From a virus, in the IMG/VR virus record IMGVR_UViG_3300047160_035999, positions 5,059 through 69,058 of that record: 64,000 bases of DNA, one strand, 5' to 3'. Both the position numbers and the translations under genes were made by a program. Below, one piece after another: positions 44,270 to 54,658 of this stretch (the first letter of the stretch is position 1; each line of letters begins with the position of its first letter). The notes below the pieces were generated by a model that was given only the letters and a program-made list of their open reading frames with translations, ran no database searches and was not told the DNA's origin.

Positions 44270-46045
44270 ATGAGCACGATTCCTGCCGGCCTCTTCGTGT
44301 CGGTCAATCCGAGCGTTCTCGCCGCCGGCGGGTCGGCACTCGACCTGAACGGGCTGATCCTGACGACCAGCACGCGGGTGCCGATCGGGACCGTCATGTC
44401 CTTTCCGGACGGCGAGACGGTGGCCGAGTTCTTCGGCACGACCTCGAAGGAAGCGCAGATCGCTTCCGGCGGACCGGGCCTCGGCTCCGGATACTTCGGC
44501 GGATTCGACACCGCGACGGTGACGCCCGCCGCGATCCTGTTTGCGCAATACCCGATTGCGGCGGTCGCCGCGTACCTGCGCGGCGGCAACGTCTCGGGGC
44601 TGTCGTTGACCCAGCTGCAGGGATTCAACGGCCAGTTGTCGGCCACGATCGACGGCAACGCGCATACCGCCTCGATCAATCTTAGCGGTGTGACATCCTT
44701 CACGAACGCCGCCCAACTGATCGAAACAGACCTCGCCATTTCCGGCGTGCAGCAAGGCACGGTCACGGCCACGATCGCCGCCAATGTCATGACTGTCTCG
44801 GCGGTGCTGACCGGCGGCGCGCCGCTGGCGGTCGGAGACAAGGTCACAGGCACCGGCGTCACCGCCGCCTCGTTCATCTCCTCGTTCGGCACCGGCACGG
44901 GCGGCGCCGGCACGTACAACCTGACGCAGTCCTCGACGGTCGGATCGCCGACCACGGTGACCTCGTTTGCCCCGGCCGTGAGCTATGACAGCGTCTCCGG
45001 CGGATTCGTCATCGCGTCAGGGACGACGGGGAACGCCTCGACCATGGCGTTTGCGAGCGGTGCACTGGCGGTCGACCTGATGCTCACGCAGGCCACCGGC
45101 GCCGTGCTTTCGCAGGGCGCGGATGCTGCGACCCCCGGCGCCTTCATGGATGGCATGAAGCAGGTCACCCAGAACTGGGCATCATTCATGACCGGGTTCG
45201 ATCCCGACCAGGGATCTGGGATTACGCAGAAGCTCGCCTTCGCATCCTGGGCCAACGCTCAGAAGAACCGATTCGTCTACATTGCATGGGACACCGCCGC
45301 GGCCGCTGCAACGCAGGTGCCGGCAACGGCGACCCTTGGTTACGCGATATCGCAGGCCAACTATTCAGCGACATGCCTCGTCTGGGAGGTCGGAAACACG
45401 AACCTCGCCGCGATGGTGTGCGGCTTCATCGCATCGGTAAATTTCTCGCAGGCCGGCGGGCGCGTATCCTTTGCCTTCAAGAAGCAGAGCGGCATGACGG
45501 CCTCGGTGACCACCGAGGCCGCGGCCGTAAACCTCGGCGGCAACCCGCAGGTGCCGGGTGACCGCGGGAACGGCTATAACTATTATGGTGCGGTCGCCAC
45601 CGCGAACCAGGCGTTCATCGACTTCCAGCGCGGCATGGTGTCGGGTCCGTTCCAGTGGCTTGACACGCTGATCGACCAGATTTGGCTGACCAATGCCCTT
45701 CAGCTGGCGCTGATGAACCTCCTCGAGCAGACGAACGCGATCCCGTTCAACGCCGCGGGCGATGCCTTGATCGAGGCAGCGCTTGCCGACCCCATCCAGG
45801 CTGCCCTGTCGTTCGGCGCGATCGCCACCGGGATCACGCTATCTTCGGCGCAGATCGCGGCCGTCAATGCCGCGGCCGGAGGCAAGAACATCGCCGACAT
45901 CATCTCCACGCAGGGATGGTACCTGCTGCTGCCAGCCGTCTCGCCGTCAATCCGGCAGGCGCGCGGACCGAGATCCATCACGTTTTTCTACGTCGATGGC
46001 GAGAGCGTGCAGAGCATCAGCTTGAGCAGCACCACCATCCTCTGA
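44270..46045 (+). CDS. Tail sheath protein, DUF3383 family
   Basis: TIP....V.V.PSVL.AGG; NW..F.T.F; G.N.YG..ATA; F.W.D....QIWL. Confidence 0.88.
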   Translation: MSTIPAGLFVSVNPSVLAAGGSALDLNGLILTTSTRVPIGTVMSFPDGETVAEFFGTTSKEAQIASGGPGLGSGYFGGFDTATVTPAAILFAQYPIAAVAAYLRGGNVSGLSLTQLQGFNGQLSATIDGNAHTASINLSGVTSFTNAAQLIETDLAISGVQQGTVTATIAANVMTVSAVLTGGAPLAVGDKVTGTGVTAASFISSFGTGTGGAGTYNLTQSSTVGSPTTVTSFAPAVSYDSVSGGFVIASGTTGNASTMAFASGALAVDLMLTQATGAVLSQGADAATPGAFMDGMKQVTQNWASFMTGFDPDQGSGITQKLAFASWANAQKNRFVYIAWDTAAAAATQVPATATLGYAISQANYSATCLVWEVGNTNLAAMVCGFIASVNFSQAGGRVSFAFKKQSGMTASVTTEAAAVNLGGNPQVPGDRGNGYNYYGAVATANQAFIDFQRGMVSGPFQWLDTLIDQIWLTNALQLALMNLLEQTNAIPFNAAGDALIEAALADPIQAALSFGAIATGITLSSAQIAAVNAAAGGKNIADIISTQGWYLLLPAVSPSIRQARGPRSITFFYVDGESVQSISLSSTTIL

Positions 46046-46073
46046 GCACCGTTCGAAGAAGGATATCGAGATC

Positions 46074-46505
46074 ATGCCGAGCCTGACCGCAGCGAACGCA
46101 GTGATCACGCTGACGATCCCCGGCGTGTTCAACCGGCCTCAGCAGCTTCAGCAATTCGGCGTCGACGACGTCGCCGACGTCGATACGCTGACGATCGCCG
46201 AGACGGCCATGGGGGTCGACGGCACCCTGTCCGGCGGCTACGTCTTCAATGCGGTCAAGTATATCTACACCTTGCAGGCCAACTCCCCGTCGAACTTCAT
46301 CTTCGACCAATGGAAGGCCGCGCAGGACGCCCAGCAGGATACGTTCGCAGCCAACGGTCTCCTGACGCTGAAGAGCCTCGGCACGAAATGGACTTGGACC
46401 AACGGTTTCCTCACCGAGTACAAGCCGGCGCCCGAAATCAAGAAGATCCTGCAGCCGCGCAAATTCCAGATCACCTGGGAGCGCGTCGCGCCGCAGCCGA
46501 CGTAG
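46074..46505 (+). CDS. Tail tube protein (DUF3277-like)
   Basis: LT.ANAVI.L...G.F..P..LQ.F..DD; MGVDG.LSGG; TLQANSPS. Confidence 0.82.
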   Translation: MPSLTAANAVITLTIPGVFNRPQQLQQFGVDDVADVDTLTIAETAMGVDGTLSGGYVFNAVKYIYTLQANSPSNFIFDQWKAAQDAQQDTFAANGLLTLKSLGTKWTWTNGFLTEYKPAPEIKKILQPRKFQITWERVAPQPT

Positions 46506-46512
46506 GCTCATC

Positions 46513-47147
46513 ATGTCGATCAAGACGAAGATCATCACCATCGAGGCGGCCGCCGATGGCGCGCGCGAGAACCGTGACGCCGGGAAGACCTATCTCCTCA
46601 CCGAGATGCCGGCGCTGAAGGCCGAGCGCTGGGGACGGCACGCGGTTGCCGCGTGCAGCCGCAACGACCTGGACGTCAAGGGCGAGCTCGCCAAGCTAGG
46701 CCTCCTCGGCTTCTATCTCGTCGGATTTCAGGCGCTTGCCGGCGGCGACATCCAGGCCGTGGACGATCTGATGGACGAGATGCTGTCCTGCATCAAAATC
46801 GTCGAATCGCCGACGCTGGCGCGGCCGCTGGGCGGAGACGACGATATCGAGGAAGTCTCCACACTGATCCGGCTGCGGAAGGAGCTGATCGAACTCCACA
46901 TGGGTTTTACTTTCGGAGAGCTCGCTCAGATGTTGTTGGCGGCCTCTCCGAGCCCGACGGGCTAGCCGAGTACCCGAACGTCACCAACCTGATCGGCGGG
47001 GTGATCGGCGCCTTTGGTGGCGGGATGATGCGCGATATGGCGACGGTGCTGTCGATCGAAGATTGCTATGATCTTCTCGAGATCGCCGCGGTGGATGCTC
47101 ACAACAGGCGCGTGCTGAGAAAGCGGGAGGAGACGAATGCTCGTTGA
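46513..47147 (+). CDS. Tail assembly chaperone G (46513-46965) with probable -1 frameshift extension GT (to 47147)
   Basis: RD.GK.Y...EM; slippery G GGT TTT at 46902-46908; open -1 frame encodes LSIEDCYDLLEI..VD.HN. Confidence 0.75.
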
Positions 47148-48555
47148 CTCCCTCGTCGTCGAGCTTGGCCTGGATCCGAAGAAGTTCGACGAGGGCCAAC
47201 GGCGCGCCCTCGCCGAGTACAAGAAGACCAAGGAAGCCTTCGTCCGCGGCGGAAAGGACATCGAGGACCAGGCGAAGAAGTCCGGCGAGGCGATCGGCGG
47301 GATCAAGACCCAGACGCTGCAGCTATTCACGGCAGTCACGGGTGCCGCCGGCCTTGTCCAGTTCGCGGCTCAAGCCATCCACGCCGGTGCTGCGGTGGGG
47401 CGCCTGTCGCGAAACCTCGGCGTCTCCGTCGAGGTCATCTCGAGGTTTCAGGGGCTAGCCAACATGTTCGGCGGAAGCGCCGAGGGCATGGCACAGTCCT
47501 TCATCCAGATTTCGGACGCCTTGGCCGGGTGGAAGATCGGCGACGTCCGGGCGATCGTTGCGGACTTCCGCGCGCTGGGCGCCGCCGGCGGCACGATCAT
47601 CGACATCAACAAGGGGGTCGAACAGACCTTCCTAGACATCGCCAAGAACCTGCGCGCGATCCACGACACGCAGGGTCCGGCTGCCGCAGGATACTGGCAG
47701 CGGCGGCTAGGCCTCGACCCCGGCCTGTTCGATGCGATGATCCAGAAGGGCGAGAATTTCAACGAGCTGTTGAAGCGTATGCGGGCGCTGACGGATGCCG
47801 AGGCCGATGCCGCCAGCCGGCTCGAGCAGCGATGGAACAATTTCACGGAGAACGCCAAGCGCGCCGCGCAGGGCATGGTTCTTGACCTCGTCGACAGCGA
47901 CAGCAAATTCAACCCCCTCAAGAACGGGTCGGACGCTAAAGACCTGAAGATGATCGGAGGCTGGATCGACAGCCTTTTCGGAACACACCTCGTCAGCGCG
48001 GCAGCCGCTACGCCGGCGCCGGCGGCCGCGAGCACTGCCAAATCGGGCGCATTCACCTCCCAGGCCGAGAAGGAAGCCTTCATCCGCTCGGAGGCGGCCA
48101 AGCGCGGGATCAATCCCGACGTCGCAATGGCGGTCGCCAGAAGCGAGGGCTTCAACAATTTCAAGAGTTCGATCCCGGGCGAGGAGTCCTACAGCGCCTT
48201 CCAGCTCCACCTGACGCCTGGCGGCCGTGGCGGCCATGTCGGCGATCAGTTCCAGAAGGATACGGGGCTGGACGTCCGCGACCCGGCCAACGAGCGTGCA
48301 GCGATCATGTACGCGCTCGACGACATCAGGGCGCACGGATGGGGCGCCTATCACGGCGCCGCAAACAGCGGAATCGGAGCCTGGGCGGGGATCGATCGCG
48401 GGGCGGCGTCTACCAGCAACAATACGTCCATAACCATAAACGGGCCGATCAACGTCGTCACGCAGGCCACCGATGCCAAGGGCATCGCGGGCGGCATCAG
48501 CTCCGAGCTGAAGCGCCAGAGCTACGCGGCGCAGGCAAACGACGGGCAGAACTGA
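47137..48555 (+). CDS. Tape measure protein with C-terminal lysozyme/transglycosylase-like domain
   Basis: L.VELGLD; helical body; IRSEAAKRGINPDVAMAVARSEG...FQL. Confidence 0.75.
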   Translation: MLVDSLVVELGLDPKKFDEGQRRALAEYKKTKEAFVRGGKDIEDQAKKSGEAIGGIKTQTLQLFTAVTGAAGLVQFAAQAIHAGAAVGRLSRNLGVSVEVISRFQGLANMFGGSAEGMAQSFIQISDALAGWKIGDVRAIVADFRALGAAGGTIIDINKGVEQTFLDIAKNLRAIHDTQGPAAAGYWQRRLGLDPGLFDAMIQKGENFNELLKRMRALTDAEADAASRLEQRWNNFTENAKRAAQGMVLDLVDSDSKFNPLKNGSDAKDLKMIGGWIDSLFGTHLVSAAAATPAPAAASTAKSGAFTSQAEKEAFIRSEAAKRGINPDVAMAVARSEGFNNFKSSIPGEESYSAFQLHLTPGGRGGHVGDQFQKDTGLDVRDPANERAAIMYALDDIRAHGWGAYHGAANSGIGAWAGIDRGAASTSNNTSITINGPINVVTQATDAKGIAGGISSELKRQSYAAQANDGQN

Positions 48556-48556
48556 A

Positions 48557-49234
48557 ATGGCGATCCCTGGGCTTCCGGCGCTCGCCAGCGGCATCGTGAT
48601 CCAGGCAGTTCAGCTGATCACGGCAGATGTCTTGTCGATCCTGGGCGGCGCCGGCGCCCCGCAGTGGGGCCTGTTCCAGGATGGCCTGCCGGTCGTGACC
48701 GCCGACAACGTTCTTGCCTTCGAATTCCGGCAGGACCGCCGCATCTCGAAATACCCCATCGAGCAAGGGGCCTTCGAGAGCTACAACAAGGTGATCGTGC
48801 CGTACGACGTGCGGCTTCAGTTCTCTTCCGGCGGCTCGACGGCCAACCGGCAGGCGCTGATCGATTCGGTAGATGCCATCATTGACTCGATCGACACTTT
48901 CGACGCGGTGACGCCGGAAAAGGTTTACCTGAGCATCAACCCGGTTCATCAATCGATCCGGCGGACCGCACGTTCAGGGGCGGGTCTCATCGTCATCGAC
49001 CTGTACTGCGAGCAGATCCGGGTCACGACAAGCCAGCAGTTCACCACCTCGCAGCAAGGATCCACGACGCCGACGAGCCCGACGACGAGTGTGGAAGGGG
49101 TCGTCAAGTTCAGGGACACCGGCACGATCAACCAGCCGCAGTCGCCGAGCGCCGCGCCTCAGGTGAGCGGCGGGACGGTCCAGACGACGCCGGCAGCTCC
49201 CGGACAATTCGACCTATCGCAGGCGTTGCCCTGA
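48557..49234 (+). CDS. Baseplate/tube initiator protein
   Basis: QWG.F; IS.YPIE.G.F.SYNKV..P. Confidence 0.75.
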   Translation: MAIPGLPALASGIVIQAVQLITADVLSILGGAGAPQWGLFQDGLPVVTADNVLAFEFRQDRRISKYPIEQGAFESYNKVIVPYDVRLQFSSGGSTANRQALIDSVDAIIDSIDTFDAVTPEKVYLSINPVHQSIRRTARSGAGLIVIDLYCEQIRVTTSQQFTTSQQGSTTPTSPTTSVEGVVKFRDTGTINQPQSPSAAPQVSGGTVQTTPAAPGQFDLSQALP

Positions 49235-49542
49235 TGCAGATCATCCCGTTGCAGGCGGTCCCGAACCAGACGCTGACGGTGGTGCTCGGAAACCAGAATT
49301 GCCGCATCAATGTCTACCAGAAGTTCTTCGGCCTCTTCGTCGACCTCTCGATCGGATCGACGCCGATCGTGCGCGGCATCATCGCGCAGCAGGCAAACCG
49401 CATCGTCCGATATGCCTATCTTGGATTTGTTGGTGATCTTGCCTTCTTCGACACGCAAGGGACGTCTGACCCGGTCTACACGGGCCTGGGCTCGCGATAC
49501 CAGCTAGTCTATCTCGAGGCGGCAGACCTGGTGACGGGCTGA
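49234..49542 (+). CDS. Baseplate protein
   Basis: IPLQA.PNQ.L...L..Q.C; F.G.L.F.DT.G..DP.Y.GLG.RY.L.Y. Confidence 0.75.
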   Translation: MQIIPLQAVPNQTLTVVLGNQNCRINVYQKFFGLFVDLSIGSTPIVRGIIAQQANRIVRYAYLGFVGDLAFFDTQGTSDPVYTGLGSRYQLVYLEAADLVTG

Positions 49543-50435
49543 TGGCGCTCGTCAGCCGGAAGCTTCGCGCCACGATCACGCTGGCCCCGATCGAGGGGCA
49601 GGCGCAGACGTTCGCAAATAGCGGCGGGGCCGACACCGTCATCATCGAGAACCTGCGGATGTCGGCCGAGGTGCTGCACGCCGGCGGACCGTCGGACGGC
49701 ACGCTCGATCTGACCATCTACGGCCTGTCGCTGTCGACCATCAACCGGTTATCGACGCTCGGCATGCAGATCAACCTGGTGCCGAAGAATGCCATCGTCC
49801 TCGAGGCTGGCGACGATCAATCCGGCATGTCGACCGTCTTCACCGGATACATCCTGGCGGCCTTCGGCGACTTCAACGCCTCGCCAGATGTTTCCTTCCA
49901 CATCTCCGCTCATACGCTTGCCCCTCAAGCGGTGATCCCGGCGCAGGCATCGAGCTTCCAGGGCTCGGCCGATATCGCCACGATCATGAGCGGCCTTGCC
50001 ACGCAGCTCGGCCTGAAGTTCGAGAATTCCGGCGTCACCGGTACGCTCTCGAACGCATATTTCTCCGGATCGTTCAAGACGCAGGCGCAGGCCTGCGTGG
50101 ACGCGGCCGGCATCGCCTGGAATCACGGCGAAGGCGGCACGCTCGCGATCTGGCCGAAGAATGGCTCGCGCGGCGGCCTGGTGCCGCTGGTCTCGCCTCA
50201 GACCGGGATGAAGGGGTATCCGACCTATACGGCCTACGGCATCATGGTCGAGACGCTCTACAACCCGTCGATCGGCTTCGGCGGAAAGGTTCAGGTCCAG
50301 AGCAGCCTGCCCGCGGCCTGCGGCGAATGGACCGTCTACAGCCTCGGCCACCAGCTCGAGGCGGAGATGCCGGACGGCCGGTGGTTCTCGATTCTGCTCT
50401 GCTACAACCCGAAATTCCCAACGCCGGTGGCCTGA
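49542..50435 (+). CDS. Baseplate hub protein
   Basis: L.IYGL....N.L; LEAGD; TGM.GYP; V..L.NP.I..G. Confidence 0.8.
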   Translation: MALVSRKLRATITLAPIEGQAQTFANSGGADTVIIENLRMSAEVLHAGGPSDGTLDLTIYGLSLSTINRLSTLGMQINLVPKNAIVLEAGDDQSGMSTVFTGYILAAFGDFNASPDVSFHISAHTLAPQAVIPAQASSFQGSADIATIMSGLATQLGLKFENSGVTGTLSNAYFSGSFKTQAQACVDAAGIAWNHGEGGTLAIWPKNGSRGGLVPLVSPQTGMKGYPTYTAYGIMVETLYNPSIGFGGKVQVQSSLPAACGEWTVYSLGHQLEAEMPDGRWFSILLCYNPKFPTPVA

Positions 50436-50438
50436 CGC

Positions 50439-51146
50439 ATGGCGGATGACGCGACGAAGGGATATGGGCAACAGGACCCGTCCGATTCCGCCGGCGCCTT
50501 CAATCCGTTCGCCTTCCAGATCGCACAGGCGCTTGCGCGCATCTCGACGAACAAGATCGTGAAGGTGATGGCCGTCGACACCGACAAGAAGACGGTCGAC
50601 GTCCAGATCGCAGTCAACCAGCTCGACGGTCAGCTCAATTCGACACCGCACGGGACGATCTACGGCATCCCCTATGTGTGGGCCATGGGCGGCACGAACG
50701 CTTTCATGATCGATCCGGCCGTGGGTGACATGGGGATGATGTCGGTGTGCGACCGCGACATCTCCGCGGTCAAGAGTACTCAGGATATTGGCAATCCGGG
50801 ATCCTTGCGGAAATTCAGCCCCTCAGACGGAATCTACCTGTTCGGCATTCCGGGCCTCAACGGGACCGCTCCCGTGCAGTGGATCAAGTGGACGAGCGAC
50901 GGCATCGACATCACGGCCAACAACGGCAACCGCCTGACGTCGGATGCCTCAGGCTGGAAATTCACCGGCGTCGTGAATTTCGCGAACGACGTGCAGCTGG
51001 GTGGCCAGATCCTCGGGGGTGCCGGCGGCGAGCTCGCGGTCGACATCAAGACGACCGGCGATGTCGTTGCCGGCACGATCAGCCTGAAGGGCCATCACCA
51101 CACCGCACAAGGCGCAACGGCGCCGACGACGCCGGCGCAAGCATGA
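50439..51146 (+). CDS. Baseplate spike (Gp138-like)
   Basis: VDV..AVNQ.DG; P.VGD.G....CDRDIS.VK; terminal ISLKGHHH (HxH metal tip). Confidence 0.82.
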   Translation: MADDATKGYGQQDPSDSAGAFNPFAFQIAQALARISTNKIVKVMAVDTDKKTVDVQIAVNQLDGQLNSTPHGTIYGIPYVWAMGGTNAFMIDPAVGDMGMMSVCDRDISAVKSTQDIGNPGSLRKFSPSDGIYLFGIPGLNGTAPVQWIKWTSDGIDITANNGNRLTSDASGWKFTGVVNFANDVQLGGQILGGAGGELAVDIKTTGDVVAGTISLKGHHHTAQGATAPTTPAQA

Positions 51147-51508
51147 AGACGATGTTCCTCAACCCACAGACGTGGGACCTCGCCATCGACGCTTCTGGAA
51201 ACATCGCTGCCGCACAAGATCCCTATGCGCTCGCGCAGAACGCCGCGAGCGCCATCCGGCTGTTCCTCGGCGAGCAATGGTACAACACGACGCTGGGCGT
51301 GCCGTACCTCACGGCGAACGGGCGCAGCCAGATCCTCGCCAGACCGGTCAACGTGCCCCTGATGAAGGCAACGCTGGCGGCTGTGGCTGAAACGGTGACG
51401 GGTGTTTCAACGGCGCAGGTGTTCATCACGTCTATCGCGGACCGCAACGTCCGCGGCCAGGTGCAGGTGACGGACGAGAACGGGACGACAACGGCGGCGC
51501 TGTTCTGA
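51143..51508 (+). CDS. Baseplate wedge protein (gp25/gp46-like)
   Basis: WDL..DA.GNIA; AQ..ASA.RLF.GE.WYNT..GVPY. Confidence 0.75.
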   Translation: MKTMFLNPQTWDLAIDASGNIAAAQDPYALAQNAASAIRLFLGEQWYNTTLGVPYLTANGRSQILARPVNVPLMKATLAAVAETVTGVSTAQVFITSIADRNVRGQVQVTDENGTTTAALF

Positions 51509-51509
51509 C

Positions 51510-52925
51510 ATGACAACGAATGTCCCCCCGATCGTATTCACCCCGCAAGGGCCGGTCGCGCCCACCGAGGCGCAGATCCTCGCCGGCGTGCAGGCCGACT
51601 ATGATGCGGCATTCGACGGCGGCCTCGATCCCTCATTGTCAACGCCGCAGGGGCAACTGGCGACCAGCACGTCCGCGATCGTCGGGAATGGGAACGACTC
51701 GTTCCTGTTCATGGCGAACATGTTCAATCCGGACTTCGCCCAGGATCGGTGGCAAGACGCCCTTGCTGCCATCTACTTTCTCCAGCGAAAACCGTCCGAA
51801 CCGACAGTCGTCCAAGCCGTCTGCACCGGCGGTCAGGGCGTACAGATCCCCGCCGGCGCGTTGGCCAAAGCCGTCGATGGCAATCTCTATAGCTGCACCG
51901 ATGGCGGCGTGATCGACAATACCGGAAGCATCACGCTGACGTTCGCCTGCAACGCCGTCGGCCCGATCCCCTGCCCGGCGAATACGCTGACCAAGATCGC
52001 GCGCGCCATTCCGGGCTGGGATAGCATCAACAATCCGGCCGACGGCACGCTCGGAAATAACACCGAGACCCGCGCCGAATTCGAGACGCGGCGAAAGGAA
52101 TCCGTCGCCAAGAACTCTCGCGGCACGATCCAGGCGGTCCAGGGCGAGGTGCTCGATGTTTCCGGCGTGCTAGATGCTTGGTCGGTACAGAACGACTCAA
52201 GCTCGCCGGCGGTGATCTCGGGCGTGACGCTCGCGAAAAACTCGATCTATGTCTCCGCCGTCGGAGGAGCCGACCAGGACGTCGCCAATGCGATCTGGTC
52301 GAAGAAGTCGCCGGGCTGTGGCTACAACGGCAACACGACGGTCACCGTCGTCGACGACAGCTCCGGATATTCGCCGCCGCTGCCATCGTATCAGGTGACG
52401 TTCGAGCGGCCGACCTCGCTCGCCATCTTGTTCGCGGTCGTGATCGCCAACAGCCTGCAGGTGCCCTCCGATGTCATCGCGCAGGTGCAGGCCGCCATCA
52501 TCGGAGCCTTTGCAGGGTCGGATGGAGGTGCGCGCGCCCGCATCGGATCGACGATCTATGCGAGCCGGTACTATCCGCCGATCGCGGCACTGGGATCGTG
52601 GGCCAACATCATCTCGGTTCTGGTCGGTTCCAACAACAATGCCGGCGCCGTATTCACCGGATCGATCTCGGGAACGGCGTTGTCCGTCTCGGCGACCGCA
52701 TCGGGCGCAGTCGCCATCGGGCAGACGATATCCGACGCGGCCGGTCTGATCACACCGGGCACGACGATCCTCAGTGGTAGCGGGACAAGCTGGACGATCA
52801 ATAACCCGCAGACGGTCGGAAGCCGCACGATCACCGGAGCGACGGCGAACCTGACCCTGACGATGGTTCACGGGGATCAAACGCCCACCATCAACGCCAA
52901 CAACATCGCCGTCGCGCTGACATGA
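51510..52925 (+). CDS. Baseplate J-like protein with an inserted beta module
   Basis: L.TPQGQLA; QDALA.IYF..R; G...ET...FE.RR; KKSPGC..NG. Confidence 0.85.
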   Translation: MTTNVPPIVFTPQGPVAPTEAQILAGVQADYDAAFDGGLDPSLSTPQGQLATSTSAIVGNGNDSFLFMANMFNPDFAQDRWQDALAAIYFLQRKPSEPTVVQAVCTGGQGVQIPAGALAKAVDGNLYSCTDGGVIDNTGSITLTFACNAVGPIPCPANTLTKIARAIPGWDSINNPADGTLGNNTETRAEFETRRKESVAKNSRGTIQAVQGEVLDVSGVLDAWSVQNDSSSPAVISGVTLAKNSIYVSAVGGADQDVANAIWSKKSPGCGYNGNTTVTVVDDSSGYSPPLPSYQVTFERPTSLAILFAVVIANSLQVPSDVIAQVQAAIIGAFAGSDGGARARIGSTIYASRYYPPIAALGSWANIISVLVGSNNNAGAVFTGSISGTALSVSATASGAVAIGQTISDAAGLITPGTTILSGSGTSWTINNPQTVGSRTITGATANLTLTMVHGDQTPTINANNIAVALT

Positions 52926-53581
52926 GCGGCCCGGACATCAACAGGCCGAGGCCGGGATCGAACGGCATCGGCCAATTCATCATCGGCGTATCGCCGATCG
53001 GGACGATCATCCCGTTCGATTACTGGGACACGATCGCAAGCCAATTCGCCAACAGCGACACGATCACGACGCTCATTGGGAATATGGACGAGTACCTCGA
53101 CAAGACGGCCGCCCTCGACAACTTCTACGACTTCGTCTTCAACGTCGCGACCGCGCAGGGCTTTGGCCTCGATGACTGGGGCAAGATCGTCGTGGTGAGC
53201 CGCGTCCTCGACGTACCGACCGGGGGTGACTACTTCGGATACAAGGAAGCCCTCCCCGGCTCAAATCCGTTCAACACGCAGTCGTTCTTCTCGGGCCAGC
53301 AGCTGACGAACAACTTCATCCTGTCCGACAGCGCCTATCGCGTTCTGATCTATGCGAAGGCTCTCGCCAATATCTGCGACGGGTCGATCCCGGCGATGAA
53401 CCAGATCCTGCTGCGGCTCTTTCCGGGCCGCGGCAACTGCTTCGTGAAGGACGGCCTCGACATGTCGATGGCCTATCACTTCGACTTCGCGCTGACGCCG
53501 GTCGAGCTTGCGATCGTCGAGCAGTCCGGAGCCCTGCCCCATCCGACCGGAGTGTCGGTCGCCGTGACCGTGCTCGTCTAG
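52922..53581 (+). CDS. DUF2612 baseplate protein
   Basis: QFANS..I..L; TA.GFGLD.WG.IV.VSR; L.D.AYR.LI..KA.ANI; LP.P.GV. Confidence 0.85.
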   Translation: MSGPDINRPRPGSNGIGQFIIGVSPIGTIIPFDYWDTIASQFANSDTITTLIGNMDEYLDKTAALDNFYDFVFNVATAQGFGLDDWGKIVVVSRVLDVPTGGDYFGYKEALPGSNPFNTQSFFSGQQLTNNFILSDSAYRVLIYAKALANICDGSIPAMNQILLRLFPGRGNCFVKDGLDMSMAYHFDFALTPVELAIVEQSGALPHPTGVSVAVTVLV

Positions 53582-53593
53582 GAAAGCCAAACA

Positions 53594-54658
53594 ATGCAGG
53601 GCTCGCAAGTTCCGCTCCGGATGCAGGTGATCTGGGGCAAGAATGCCGGCGGAGCTTATATCCGGGTCGTTCCGGTCGCATCGCAAATCGGCACCCAGGA
53701 TGGCGCGGCGTCCTTCACCGACGGATTTCCGCCCGACAACTTCACGAACGTGTCCGCTGGCGGCGTGCCTCCGTTCGGCCAAGACATGAACGGAATCCTG
53801 AGCGTCGTCACCGCATGGCTGCAGTGGGCTCAGGCGGGAGGCCCCAACGTCTACGATGCGGCGTTTGCAACGGCGGTGGGCGGCTATCCCTTCGGAAGCA
53901 TCCTCAACTCGGCCTACACGGCCGGCGCCATGTGGGCGAGCTTCCAGGACAACAACCTGACGAATCCGGATGATCCGTCGACGTCCGCGGGCTGGGTGCG
54001 TGTCGGCCTTCAACCAGGTACGCCCGTTCCGCTTCTCACGGCCAACACCAACAGCCAGTTCATTCTCGCCAACGGGACGACTGTCGGAAACACGGGCTCC
54101 GGAGCGGCGCAAGCCGATCGCGGCTACGTGTACGTCTACAAGGCAATCTGGGATCAATTTTCGAATACCCAGTGCCCGATCTTCGATTCGTCCGGAAACC
54201 CGTCGACCCGCGGCGCGAATGCCGTCGCTGATTTCCTCGCGCTGAAGCGCCTAACGACCCCGAACATGAAGGGGCTCGGTGTCATCGGTGTGGACACGAT
54301 GGCAGGATCGGCCTCGACGTTCCTCAACGGCGTGCCGATCACAATCGGCAACACCACGACTCCCGGTTCGATTCTCGGCGAGAACCTGCATGCTCTGACC
54401 TCGAGTGAGAATGGAGCACACACTCACGTCAACACGCTGACCGACCCGCAGCACAATCACTCCTACCTCATTGCGCCCGACAGCGGCGCCCGCGTTTCCG
54501 GAACGGGAAACATCTATTTGGGCGGCCCGCAATCGAGCGGTGCGACGACGGGGAGCTCGAGCACCAATATCACCATCAACAATGCGTCGTCAGGAAGCGG
54601 CACCGGCCACAACACCGTTGAGCGCAACATGGCTGTCTACTGGGGGCTGAAAACATGA
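53594..54658 (+). CDS. Tail fibre protein (baseplate-proximal)
   Basis: GA.S..DGFPP......GG.PP.G.D.NGIL; F.TA.GGYP.G.IL; C-terminal HxH collar-like motifs. Confidence 0.8.
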   Translation: MQGSQVPLRMQVIWGKNAGGAYIRVVPVASQIGTQDGAASFTDGFPPDNFTNVSAGGVPPFGQDMNGILSVVTAWLQWAQAGGPNVYDAAFATAVGGYPFGSILNSAYTAGAMWASFQDNNLTNPDDPSTSAGWVRVGLQPGTPVPLLTANTNSQFILANGTTVGNTGSGAAQADRGYVYVYKAIWDQFSNTQCPIFDSSGNPSTRGANAVADFLALKRLTTPNMKGLGVIGVDTMAGSASTFLNGVPITIGNTTTPGSILGENLHALTSSENGAHTHVNTLTDPQHNHSYLIAPDSGARVSGTGNIYLGGPQSSGATTGSSSTNITINNASSGSGTGHNTVERNMAVYWGLKT

